Source: Octopus vulgaris (Eukaryota). Taken from it: a stretch of DNA of 64,000 bases. A program made the position numbers and the translations under genes. Each line of letters opens with the position of its first letter. Positions within the stretch are counted from its first letter, which is position 1. Shown here one piece after another: positions 11,895-24,886 of the stretch. The DNA is taken from NCBI GenBank assembly GCA_951406725.2, contig OX597831.1, positions 72,540,001 to 72,604,000 of the forward strand, in the 5' to 3' direction. A model generated the notes under the pieces. The model was not told the DNA's origin. It did not search any database and worked only from the letters and a program-made list of their open reading frames with translations.

Positions 11895-12835
11895 GATGGC
11901 CGTCCACTCGTGACCGAGGAAGACCATTGCCGACCTTCAGGAACATTGTGCGCTCTAGGACTAACTTATATTTTGCATTTGCGGCTCTGTTGGTGGCTAA
12001 TGAGCCCTGCTCTTGACAAGCAAACACGACTGCAAACATTGCAAACCAAGCTTTCCCCATTCACTATCCTAGCAACGCACTTTCGAGCAGCACGCTTAAG
12101 TTCTTCATACAGAATACATGCTCTCTCAAAAGTGTTAACCCCCTCCTTAACTTGCTTCCTTCATCTCTGGCGATGACAGGCATTGCTCTCCCAGTCAGTC
12201 ACCTGCTTATTACAGGCCTTTAATGAGGACTTAACACAGTCCTTAAATCGCAGCCTTGGTTTCTGCCCATATAGCATCTGCTTAAGTATTTTGCTATCCT
12301 TCATTTAAAAATAAGTTGTCCAGTCCAACGCAACCGGTACTTGTGCACCATCGCCTCAAAACTCAGGATATCAGCTGTCCTCATGACCTGTGTCTCTGGA
12401 GTTTTTAAGGTTCAGCCAACATTCAGAATGTGTCTGAGACATCCCTGATGAAAGCGTTCAAGGACCCTAACATGACGTTTGTAAAGGGTCCATGTCTCAC
12501 ATAAGTAAAGAAGCAATGTCAGTACACATGCACGGTGCACAGTAATTTTTGTTTGCTTTGTGATGCCATGCTGGGACCAGACACGAGACTGAAGAGACCG
12601 GAAGGAATCAGTTGCTCTCTGCAGCCTGGAGCAAGAACGGCTGAGTGTGCTGCCCAGGTAGACAAACTTGTCTACCACTTTCAAAATTGTTCCTTCAACC
12701 AAGATAGCTGGTTCCACATATGGATTTCCCGGTGCAGGCTGGAATAGTACAACAGTCTTGTCCAGGCTAATGCTGAGTCCAAATGCCTTGCAAGAAGCAG
12801 AAATACGATCCATAAGTATTTGCATGCCATTTGCA
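11895..12835 (-). mobile_element. RTE/BovB-like LINE, post-RT and 3' part
   Basis: MDRISASCKAFGLSISLDKT, KFVYLGSTLS, LLYLCETWTLYKRH..LERFHQGCLRHIL. Confidence 0.85.
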
Positions 12836-14222
12836 CTTTCAGAGACTCGTAAAGAAGGTGATTGTCAGCTTGAGGAAGTAGGAGGTAGATGCACCTTTTT
12901 TGGAAGGCGAGGCAGGAGGAGCTCAGAGAGGCTGGTGTTGGCTTTGCAGTTTGATCTGATATCCTTAAGAAGTTGGAAGAGCTTCCTGTTCCTATAAATG
13001 AACGTCTAATGACTCTACGATTGCACCCGAAAGGTGGGCGGCTTGCTACTCTAATAAGTGCCTATGCACCTACTTTGACTAGTTATGATGAAGATAAAAC
13101 TATTTGTTATATCCAGCTGAGAACCATACTTAGGAAAATCCCCAATTCTGATAAAGTCATTGTGCTGAGGGATTTCAATGCAGGGTTGAAACAGACTGGC
13201 AAACATGGAACTCTCTGGGACGTTTTGGTTTAGGGAAAATGAATAGCAATAGTCTCATGTTGCTGGAGTTTTGCGATAAACCTAGACTTTACATCGCAAG
13301 CATTGATTTTATGCACAAAGATGTTCACACAACAATGTGGATGCATCCAAGGTCTAAAGTTTGACACTTGCTGGATTTTGTCATCATCCGCAAGCGTGAC
13401 ATATATGTCATTTGTAACATCAAGTCTTTTCATGGATCGGAATGCTAGACAGACCACAGTCTGGTACGAGCAAAGTTCCGGATGATCATTAGAGTGAAAG
13501 AGAGAAGAGGGCCAGTCGGTATTCCCCGGCGTCTGAATTTCCACAAGATATATGATCATCATCATCATTGTTCGACCGTGGTCGAGACAATGGAATTTAC
13601 CATGCTACGCCAGACTTCACGGTCCATCATGGCATTACGGAGGTCCTGTTGCTGGATGCCTGTATCCCTGGAGATTACATCAGGGTAGGAGAGTGTGCGC
13701 CCTCTGGCATTGCGAGTAGATGGCTTCCAGAGGAGGAAGCACATTAGATATATGATGCTGTGCTGAGGTAAGAGCTTCAGACTCGCTTGACCAGCATTGA
13801 AGATACTAGAGTATGTGAAGATTTTCGAGACCAGATTCTTCAATGTGCTGCTAAAGCACTGGGATATGCTACTGCCAGACACAGAGACTGGTTTCATGAA
13901 AATGATGCTGAAGTTCAACGACTATTGGCTCTAAATCGCCATGCCCACAATGCATTGCTGCACAAAGGACATTCCGCTATGCAGCGAAAATCTAGCACTT
14001 GCCCACTATAGCAGTGTAAAATCACTGCTGCAGCGATCTCTCAGGAAGATGCAGAACACTTGGTGGGAGGATCTTGTACGTGATGTTCAGGCCGCTGCTG
14101 ATACAAATGACAGCAAGAAGCTTTACCATCTTATAAAGCAAGATTATGGGCCTAAAGACTCCGCATCAGCTCCTTTGTTTTCCAAGGAGTCTTCTACTCT
14201 ATTTACTAAATCAACAGAAATC
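12836..14222 (+). mobile_element. RTE/BovB-like LINE endonuclease-linker part, opposite orientation, interrupted at about 13555-13740
   Basis: INERLMTLRL, LISAYAPTL, DFNA, RHRDWFHEND, LRKMQNTWW. Confidence 0.8.
13555..13740 (-). mobile_element. RTE 3' end with (TGA)n tail
   Basis: RGRTLSYPDVISRDTG..LRNAMMDREVWRSMV followed by tgatga repeats. Confidence 0.7.
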
Positions 14223-14864
14223 ACATACATACATACATACATACATGCATGTATGTATGTATGTATGTATGTATGTATGTATGTATGTATGTATGTATGT
14301 ATGTATGTATGTATGTATGTATGTATGTATGTATATGTATGTGTGTTTGGGTGGGTGTGTATGCTTGTACGCATGTATGTATGAATGTATATGCTAGTGT
14401 TTGAAAGTGTGTGTGTATGTAGCTATGTAGGCATGAATATATGTATGTATGTGTGTATGTATGTATGTATGTATGTATGTATGTATGTAGGTATGTATGT
14501 AGGTAGGTACGTAGATAGGTACGTACGTACAGACAGACATACATTGCACACACAAATCGATGATAGACAGTCGTCAGACAAGCATGATCGATAGCCTATG
14601 ACCAGTCGAACTGTTAAAATGGAGACATAAGGCAGACGATTGTAGACAAATAGATGATAGATAGGAATACGATAACTAGGTAGGAGCCTGAAAAGAATTT
14701 CGATACATTAGCAATGAATAAATATATATTAAGTTGACTTTCGACGAGTGTTTCCCTACTATTTTTCAGTTATGGAATCTTTTGATTCTTATTTTACCCG
14801 GAAAGACCCTCATCATACCTGCTCAATGTTTTAAAAAATCTCATTGCATTTTTATATTATTTAA

Positions 14865-15262
14865 CTAGCAGTATCGCCCGGCGTTGCTCGGGTTTGTAAG
14901 GGAAATAACTATATAAGCATTTTTAGAGAGTTATAGCCAAAAAATAGCAAAAAAATGCATTAAAAATAGAAAAAAAATGATGGTAAATTTTTTTTTAAAT
15001 CGTTGACTCATCGTAGACATTTTTAGAGAGTTACTTCCCTTATATAATAGCGAAAAATGCATTAAAATGGAAAAAAAATGATGGTAAATTTTTTTAAAAA
15101 TCGTAGACTCATCGTAGATGCGCGCTAATACCCAGAAGGGCTCGATATGAATCACGACTATAAGATACCCGGTTTTGGTTAAACTGCACCGCAAAATGTG
15201 GGAGTAGTTAGGAATCTAAATCGTAGGAGACAGACACACAACCTTACTTTTATATATAAAGA
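14865..15262 (-). mobile_element. Non-autonomous Helitron
   Basis: Minus strand starts A|TCTTTATATATAAA and ends with a CCCG..CGGG hairpin then CTAG|T; internal ~100-bp tandem duplication. Confidence 0.75.
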
Positions 15263-15593
15263 TATCATTAGGAATCGTATTTAAGAAAATTATTGAAACA
15301 CTTTGTGTTTTGTAGAAGCATAAACAATATATCGCAAATAAATTCTAACAACAAAATCTTGACTCCGGTTGAGAACCACTGCGTCAGAGAGACAAAAAGA
15401 TGGCAAAATAGACCCATTGGATATATAGAAGAAAGACAAGCGATGGGTAAGGTGATGATAAATTGACAATGAGACTGGGAAAAAAAACAAACATAATAAT
15501 CAAGCCAGTGGTTATATAGAAGGACAGAAAGAAAGATGATCGACAGATGATCGACAATAGACAGACAAATAGATGACAAACGGACAAAATGAA

Positions 15594-15629
<36 letters not shown>

Positions 15630-15639
15630 TGTATGTGTA

Positions 15640-15863
15640 TACTCTTTTACTCTTTTACTTGTTTCAGTCACTTTGACTGCGGCCATGCTGGAGCACCGCC
15701 TTTCAGTCGAACAAATCGACCCCAGGACTTATTCTTTGTAAGCCTAATACTTATTCTATCGGCCTCTTTCGCCGAAACGCTAAGTTACGGGGGTGTAAAC
15801 ACACCAGCATCGGTTGTCGAGCGATGTTGAGGGGACAAGCATAGACACACATTGCAACAATAC

Positions 15864-15923
<60 letters not shown>

Positions 15924-16090
15924 TACGGCGGGCTTCTTTCAGTTTCCGTCTACCAAATCCACTCACAAGGCTTTGGTCGACCCGAAGATGTAATAGAAGA
16001 CACTTGCCCAAGGTGCCACGCAATGAGACTGAACCCAGAACCATGTGGTTGGTAAGCAAGCTACTTACTACACAACCACTTCTACTCCTA
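15640..16090 (-). mobile_element. SINE family A
   Basis: Reverse complement of the family A consensus. Confidence 0.9.
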
Positions 16091-16112
16091 TATATATATC
16101 TATATCTATCTA

Positions 16113-16185
<73 letters not shown>

Positions 16186-16299
16186 ACATTTCCTAGACTG
16201 TTTTTCTTCTGAAGGTGGGTGTTTGCGCCTGAAATATAAAAATTTTATAAAGCTACCCGCATTGTCAGAAACTTTCTATTTTATCTCTTTTTACCTTCG

Positions 16300-16368
<69 letters not shown>

Positions 16369-17454
16369 CACACATGCACACAAAGGATAAACGTATGATA
16401 CATAGACAATGGAATGGCAAACAGGCGTTAAACAAGGGATGGGTTGACAAATATATAACTAGACAAGGGGCGGACAAATAAATTCTTAATAGGTATTAGA
16501 CAAATACGCAAACTACAGGTAGAAAACGTATAGAGATAGGACTAACGATAAATAGGTGATAAGAATGAGAAAAAAATAGGGCAGACGACAGATAGCCATG
16601 CTGGTCAAAAGACATGTAGGTGTATAGACACACTGAATAACAGATGCATAGTCTAGGTTGACAGACAGACAAAGAGAGAAATAAACGATCGAGAAACAGG
16701 GAAAGACTTGTTGCAAAACCGTAAAACAACGTGGAGATTAACTGATGAATAAATAAAAATGTGGAACAAGCAAAAGATGAGAAAATTGCAACGAAGATAG
16801 AAGAGAGTAAAGCAGACAAATGGAGTCCGCCAAATTCAGAAAAGGAAGTTGGCAGTGACATTGCGGACTCTGAAAACAAAAATATAAAATACCGTTGACT
16901 CCATGAATTCGTTTGGCGTTTACAGAATGTCCATGAACTTCTTGTCAGCGATCACTGCTTTGGACTGACTGATACCGAGTGGACAATCGACAAACTTGAC
17001 CATGGTCATGCATTGCTTCACATTATCGCCACTACAGCTTGCTAATTCTACCACCGCCATCCCCACCAAACTACACGACTACCACCATCATTAGTACAGT
17101 CACCACCATTGCAACAGTACCACGATCAGGACCACCATGACCACAAGCACCACGACGACGACCACCACCACCACCACCATCACCACTACTAATGTTACTA
17201 AGCTTTTCCGGAAAGCTACCTAACAATTTGTTGCTCTGCCACCATTTTACTTCGTCATTCACCGAGGCAAACTTAACATTCGTAAAAATAATTCCAACAC
17301 ACACATACATACACACGCACACACGCTTTCACGCTTGCACGCCCGCATGCACACACACACACTTTCTCTCTCTCGCTCTCGCTCTCTCTCTTTCTCGTGT
17401 AGACTCATTCATACCCAATACATACACATACCTACACACACACACACACACACT

Positions 17455-18180
17455 CAGGGTTGCCTCAAAGTAAATATACACTTTACAATTTATTTATATT
17501 TTAGTATGTTTCATCTCGTAGCTGCTCAAACTGGCTTCCCTCGGACCCTGGGCCCCTTGGCCCCTCGGCTGTGCAGCGTTTCTCAAACCTGTCCAGAACA
17601 TTCTGACGCACACACACACATTGTACGACACGAAGCCCCAACTAACCCCATGATAATAAATGCTCCCGAAATGAACTGTCTTCATTCATCCACAGTCTGG
17701 GACTTTCTCTCATAAACCTTATTCTTTACTACGCCGTCCCCACCCCACTCCAACAGAAGCCCACAGGTGTGAAGTGCGGTGAACTTGATGGTCTTTCGAT
17801 GGTGCCACATCAACCGATCCAGTGCTTTGGGAAGGTCATGTTAAGGTAGTCCCTTACAGCGAAAGCATAATCAGAAGGTATCCCCATCTTGCTGGGAGAG
17901 TAATCCGGGTGAAGTTAGCTCTGGCTTTGTTGAGGCTCTGCCACGTCACACAACATTTGCGTGAATTGTTATTGTCCACAGATCCATCGGGAAAAGCCAA
18001 AACAAAAACACAAACAAAAAAACAAACAGACATACAACACCTTTACTGGGCAGTGGACTCTCCCCCCGTGACTCCTGGCTATTTCAGTTGAGAGGTCATG
18101 ATCAAACGAGGATTTTCATTCATCCAATACACGGAGCTCCACCTGTTCACATGGCTCGACAACTTGAACACAGCCTCGTT
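17455..18180 (-). mobile_element. Degenerate Tc1/Tc3-like transposase 3' part with one TIR
   Basis: Minus strand QDG, RDYLNMTFPKHWIG, SSPHFTP, VKNKVYERK; terminal CAGGGTTGCCTCAAAG at 17456. Confidence 0.65.
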
Positions 18181-18470
18181 TTAGTGAAGGTGTGTGGTAA
18201 AGTGGTTAGGGCATGCGGCTCACGATCGTAAGGTCAGGAGTTCAGTTCCCTGCTGCGTGTTGCGTCCTGGGGCAAAGCTCTTTATTTCGCGATGTTCCAG
18301 TCACTCAGCTGGCGAAAATGAGTAGTTTCTGTATTTCTGTGGGCCAGCTTTGTTACAATCGGTGTGTTACGCTTAACCTCTCTGAGAACTACGTTAAGAT
18401 TACGCGTGTCTGTGGAGTACTCAGCCACTTGCACGTCAATTTCATCAGCGGGTTGTTCCGTTGATCGAAT

Positions 18471-18895
18471 CAGGCGCAGGTGTGGCTGTGTGGTAAGAAG
18501 CTTGCTTCCCAGCCACATGGTTCCGGGTTCAGTCTCACTGTGTGGCACCTTAGGCAAGTGTCTTCTACTATAGCCTCGAGCCGACCAAAGTCTTTGTGTG
18601 GATTTCGTCGTCGGAAACTGAAAGAAGCCCGTCATATATATATATATATGTATGTATGTATGAATGTATGTATGTATGTATGTATGTATGTATTTGTGCG
18701 TCTGTGCCCCCCCCCCTCATCATCGCTTGACAACCGATGTTAATGTGTTTACATTCCCGAAACTTAGCGGTTCGGCAAAAAGAACCGATAGAATAAGTAC
18801 TGGGCTTACACAGAATAAGTCCTGAGGTCGATTTGTTCGACTAAAGGCAGTGCTCCAGCACGGCCGCAGTCAAAATGACTGAAACAAGTAAAAGA
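18471..18895 (+). mobile_element. SINE family A
   Basis: Full head, body and tail. Confidence 0.9.
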
Positions 18896-19059
18896 ATTTT
18901 TTAAATAATTGAAACACTGATCGTCGAAACCGACGGAGTGCCATTTTTTTTAGCCTCCTCTGTCCGAATGATCTTATCAAGAAGTCACTGAGTGTTAAGC
19001 CATGCGCTTTCGGTAAAAAGGTAAACTTGCAAAGCTACCCCTCACATGACGGGTAACAC

Positions 19060-19467
19060 TCTTTACTCTTTACTCTTTTACTTGTTTCAGTCATTTGACT
19101 GCGGCCATGCTGGAGCACCGCCTTTAGTCGAGCAAATCGACCCCGGGACTTATTCTGTGTAAGCCCAGTACTTATTCTATCGGTCTCTTTTGCCGAAACG
19201 CTAAGTGACGGGGACGTAAACACACCAGCATCGCTTGTCAAGCGATGCTAGGGGGACAAACACAGACACACAAACATACACACAAATACATATATATATA
19301 CATATATACGACAGGCTTCTTTCAGTTTCCGTCAACCAAATCCACTCACAAGGCATTGGTCGGCCCGAGGCTATAGCAGAAGACACTTGCCCAAGGTGCC
19401 ACGCAGTGGGACTGAACCCGGAACCATGTGGTTGGTAAGCAAGCTACTTACCACACAGCCACTCCTA
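19060..19467 (-). mobile_element. SINE family A
   Basis: Reverse complement of the consensus. Confidence 0.9.
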
Positions 19468-19504
19468 CACTCTAGTAGCAATTATAATAACTACAGAATA
19501 ATTT

Positions 19505-19957
19505 TTTTCCTACTCAAGGCACAAGGCCCGAAATTTTTTTTTTGGGGGGGGGGAGCCAGTCGATTAGATCGACTCCAGTACGCAACTGGTTCTTAATTTA
19601 TCGACCCCGAAAGGATAAAAGGCAAAAATCGATCTTGGCGGAATATGAACTCAGAACATAAAGACAGACGAAATACCGCTAAGCAATTTTCCCGGTGTGC
19701 TAACGATTCTACCAGCTCGCCGCCTTAAGGACTTGTATAAATATTTTTTTCCACTCAAGGCACAAGGCCTGCATTTTTTGGGCAGGGAGCCAGTCGATGA
19801 GATCGACCCCAGTACGCAACTGGTACTTAATTTATCAACCCCGAAAGGATGAAAGGCAAAGTCGACCTCGCCGGAATTTGAACTCAGAACGTAGCGGCAG
19901 ACGAAATACTGGTAAGCATTTCGCCCGGCGTGCTAACGTTTCTGCCAGCTTGCCGCC
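19505..19957 (-). mobile_element. Two tandem SINE family B copies
   Basis: Each has the reverse complement of ggcggcgagctgg...gagttcaaattcc...gcctttcatcctttcggggtcgataaattaagtaccag. Confidence 0.85.
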
Positions 19958-20079
19958 GAATAACTACAGAATAATATCGTAAAAATGCTGTAAACATATT
20001 TGAAGGAACAGACCAAGTAATTTAATTCATTGATCAAGCAATTAAAATTATATATTTCATTCAATAAAGAAATCAACTA

Positions 20080-20202
20080 TGTGATTTTGGGTCGAGTCCC
20101 ACAGCGCAACACCTTTAGCAGGTGTCTTCTGCTAAATCTTCGGGCCGATCAAAGTCTTGTCAGTGGATTTGGTAGGTGGAAACTGTGTGGTAGCCTGTCA
20201 TA

Positions 20203-20252
<50 letters not shown>

Positions 20253-20470
20253 AGCACATGTATGTGTGTGTATGTGTTTGTGTTGTGTTTGTTCCCACCA
20301 CCGCTTGACAACCGGTATTGGCATACTTACGATTTCGTGACATAGCGGTTTGGCTAGAGAGTCCGATAAAATACATACCACACTGCGGGGGGCGATTTGT
20401 TTGACTTAAAAACAGCCGAAGGTATTGCTCCAGCATGTTCGCAGCCCAATGACTGAAGCAACGGAAAGAC
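20080..20470 (+). mobile_element. SINE family A (diverged, 5'-truncated)
   Basis: Body and tail similarity. Confidence 0.7.
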
Positions 20471-20802
20471 TTTTAAAAAATAATAAAGTTATGTAAATAA
20501 TTAAAATTAATTCCAGTCAAAAGGGTAAGGAGCGACAACCCTTTTAATTTTAAACACTTAACAATTATTTTGAAGGAACTGCGTTGGAGAGTAAGTCTGC
20601 TGTTCAGTAACATGGTAACCAGGTTATGACAACTTATTAAGCTGTGTAGTCAACCGTATTATATTTTATGTGTTTTTGTGGGTCTTTTGTTTCTTTGGTG
20701 TTATAAAAATAACCGCAGTGAAAAATCTAGAAATACTTTCGGACGTTGACCCATGAAAGAAGTCAATGTGCTAACCTCCAATTTTGCTCTTACTTTGATC
20801 GC

Positions 20803-21243
<441 letters not shown>

Positions 21244-21244
<1 letters not shown>

Positions 21245-21390
21245 GACGTCGCACAGTAAACAATATTGTGAGGTCGTTGACTGGAAATATTGTATCTACC
21301 AGAGGTCTGTACTGTTTGACAAGTCACAACAAGGACCTCAGACAGACAGTACTTTACGCAATATGCGTTCAGTTCCAAGTAATGCGTGAC
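21244..21390 (-). mobile_element. R4/Dong-like 3' end running into the (AAT)n array
   Basis: Minus strand ALLGTERILRKVLSV* then a short UTR and (AAT)n. Confidence 0.6.
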
Positions 21391-21425
21391 GTTTAACCAG
21401 ATAATAATATAAATAATATATATAT

Positions 21426-21584
21426 AGGCGCAGGAGTGGCTATGTGGTAAGTGGCTTGCTTACCAACCACATGGTTTGGGGCTCAGTCCCACTGCGTGGT
21501 ATCTTGGGTAAGTGTCTTCTACTATAGCCTCGACGAAAGCCTTGTGAGTGAATTTAGTAGACGGAAACTGAAAGAAGCCTGTCG

Positions 21585-21630
<46 letters not shown>

Positions 21631-21815
21631 TCCGCCCCCCCCCACATCGCTTGACAACCGATGCTGGTTTGTTTATGTTCCCTGTAACTTAGCGGTTCGG
21701 CAAAAAAACCGATTGAATAAGTACTAGGCTTACAAAAATTGTCCTGGGTTCGATTTGCTCGACTAAAAGCGGTGCTTCAGCATGGCCGCAGTCAAATGAC
21801 TGAAACAAGTACAAG
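21426..21815 (+). mobile_element. SINE family A
   Basis: Full head, body and tail. Confidence 0.9.
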
Positions 21816-21915
21816 AATATATATATATGCATATATAGATACAAATATGTACATACATATATATATATATATATACATTAGTTACATTGTTTACAATTGA
21901 CGGATATTTGTCCGT

Positions 21916-21990
21916 GGGCATATGGCGTAGTGGTTAAGAGCCCGCACTACTAACCCCAAGATTCTGAGTTCGATTCCAGGCAGTGACCTG
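21916..21990 (+). mobile_element. tRNA-like SINE head with (AAT)n tail
   Basis: tggcgtagtggtt (A box) and gagttcgattcc (B box); no clean acceptor stem. Confidence 0.55.
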
Positions 21991-22090
21991 AATAATACTA
22001 ATAATACTAATAATAATAATAATAATTAATAATAATAATAATAATAATAACAACAACAACAACGACGACGACATCGAGAAATATCCCCAA

Positions 22091-22136
22091 GATACCCGAT
22101 GAAGGCTGGAGGGTATATCAGCCGAAACGTTGTGTT
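22091..22136 (+). ncRNA. Minimal type I hammerhead-like motif (Penelope-type)
   Basis: GAUAC-CCGAUGA-A-GGCUG-loop-CAGCC-GAA-ACGU-U-GUGUU. Confidence 0.55.
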
Positions 22137-22747
22137 AACAACAAACGAGAGGAGGACAAACACCCGTCAAATGTAAATGTAAATAATGTACATAATTCCC
22201 CATCTCTTAAATATAGAACTGTACACATATATATGTATATAGATATGCATTTAAGGTACAGGACGTCACAAAACGTAAACAACATGAAATACGAAAATAA
22301 AGATGGATACGCAAACAACGAGAGAGAAACAAATGGAAAACAAGCCAAGTAACATAAAGAACGAGCCTTCCTCAATTGTCGGCTGTCCTTCTACTCCTTA
22401 CACACACACATCACACTTCGTTATACTCCGTATTTCAATTCTCATTAAGATGAATTTAAAAAGGAAGACAAAAGGAAAAAAAACTATGTCGTCTGCATAA
22501 TTTAAACATTCTTTATTGTCCGTTCATTGTCAGAAATATAGAAAAGAAGAACAGGTTCATGAAGAGAAGAACATGATTGAGGCAGACACCTACATAATTT
22601 TATGGGATGATTAAATAGTGGAGGACAAGGGCGGTTTAATGCGAACTGTCCGCACGCTCCCTATTTAGCTTTTGTTGTAACGGAGGGTTGTCGATCGGTG
22701 CATTCCTGGAGGCGAAGATGTCGTGGAGTGAAAAAGAAATCTTCTCG

Positions 22748-22788
<41 letters not shown>

Positions 22789-22929
22789 TGTGGGTAATGA
22801 CTCAGGTGCAGAAATGTATAGATACACGTGAATATACACTCACAGCCTGACAGATGTCTCTTTGTGCTTAGTTCTTCATGTTATACTATCATGCGTGCAC
22901 ACACGCGCACGCTCAGAGAAAGAGACTGT

Positions 22930-22975
<46 letters not shown>

Positions 22976-23008
22976 TACTGTTAGAGAGAGAGAGAGAGAG
23001 AGACAGAC

Positions 23009-23043
<35 letters not shown>

Positions 23044-23094
23044 GGGTGAGAGTTGTCAGATAAATTCGTTCGTTTCTTTCCGATATTTGAAGTT

Positions 23095-23531
23095 ACTCTT
23101 TACTCTTTCTCTTTTACTCTTTTTTCTTGTTTCAGTCATTTTGACTGTGGCCATGCTGGAGCATCGCCTTTAGTCGAGCAAATCGACCGCAGGACTTATT
23201 CTTTGTAAGCCCAGTACTTATTCTATCGGTCTCTTTTAGCCGAACCACTAAGTTACGGGGACGTAAACATTCCAGCATCGGTTGTCAAGCGATGTTGGAG
23301 GGGGGGTGACGAACACAGACACACAAACATATACACACACACATACATACACATATATACATATATACGACGGGCTTCTTTCAGTTTCCGTCTACCAGAT
23401 CCACTCACAAGGCTTTGGTCGGCCCGGGGCTATAGCAGAAGACACTTGCCCAAGGTGCCACGCAGTGGGACTGAACCCGGAACCATGTGGTTCATAAGCA
23501 AGCCATTTACCACGCAGCCACTCCTACGCCT
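23095..23531 (-). mobile_element. SINE family A
   Basis: Reverse complement of the consensus. Confidence 0.9.
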
Positions 23532-23649
23532 TTTCGAAATTTTTTTTATGTAGTGCTTTATTTATTTATTTAATTTTCTAATTTTTTTAATCTCTATTCT
23601 TACTATACATCTTATGCTGATCATTTTGAAATTTGATTAAATTTCACCT

Positions 23650-23990
23650 CTTCACCTCTTTTCAGGCACGTGACGATGGAGTGCCAAGTGGAAAAGGAAA
23701 CAAAAATGACCATTTTCGACACTTGCTTCGCTTCGATTTCAGTCAAGGTGCCAAAGCTGCCAGAAACTGTCAACACTACTAGAGGCAATTGTGCCGTGTA
23801 TGGAGAAGTCGTTGAGACCGAAAGAACTGCACAGAAGAGATTCGACGTCACAGACTCTCTGCATTCCGGCCGACCTGTTCAGTTCAATGAGAATTGATTG
23901 AACGAATTCATCCACGAGGACACGCACCAATCCACCAAGGAATTGGCTCAACAAATGCGATGATCCAATGAAATCCGTCGTCCGTCGCCT
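23650..23990 (+). mobile_element. Mariner transposase N-terminal fragment
   Basis: CAVYGEVV..ERTAQKRF..DSLHSGRPVQFNE. Confidence 0.7.
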
Positions 23991-24744
23991 AAATTCAATT
24001 TTCGAATAAAGGAGGGAGTTGTCGATCCGTGTATTCCTTGAGGTGAAAATGTTGGAAAGTTAGAGCTAGGCCCGTCGCTGGACTTTTGGTGCCTACGGAT
24101 GCTTCAGGATATTCTGGTTGGTCACTAATTTGTAGTAATGGTAACATGGAATTTAAAGATATGTGTATCACTGTAAAGTTTTTCGACGATTTCGTTAATT
24201 GGCGGAGTCGTAACTTTAAAATATTTGTGGAGAGGTATTTTCAGAAAATTTTTACGAATTTATGTTCTACACACTATATCTTGTACGATTATGCAAAAAT
24301 GCTTTTAACTAATTCACTCTCCCCATCCCTGTATCCTAAAATCTCGGCTTCTTTTGTAGAATTTCTTTTTAAATCATAATTTTAAAATATGGACAGTCCG
24401 AATTTGCCACCTGTTTCTGTTTATAAGTTCCAAATAATTTTCAGAAGAAAAAGTGAGTGATTTGGGAGATTTAGCTATTATTTCTAGCACAACCCACGAC
24501 CATCTGATACCTTCCTTGTTTCTCTGTCACTCTGACATGTATTGATGTTTTTCTATATTTTTCTCCCCATTAATACATCTTATGGAATGATGATGCGGAA
24601 ATGACACGTGGGTTTTGTCTGGCCCAAGGAGGGTCCATATGCTGGGATCTAAGTAAAAAAGAAGAAATACTTTTTTGTAATTAAAATTTTCAAGACATAC
24701 AGCACCAAATGAGTCCGTGTGTGTGCATGTGTGTGTGTGAGACC

Positions 24745-24788
<44 letters not shown>

Positions 24789-24886
24789 GGGACAGAGGGA
24801 TGTGAGAAAACATATTTACTAACAATTTTCTGTATGTTATTAAAGTGAATTATCTTTCACGTGGGTTTTTTTAATCACACTGGATA

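Noticed and set aside
21916-21990. Possible tRNA gene (also 5440-5515)
   Set aside because: Has A and B boxes but no proper acceptor stem and is followed by a simple-repeat tail or SINE body, so it is SINE-derived
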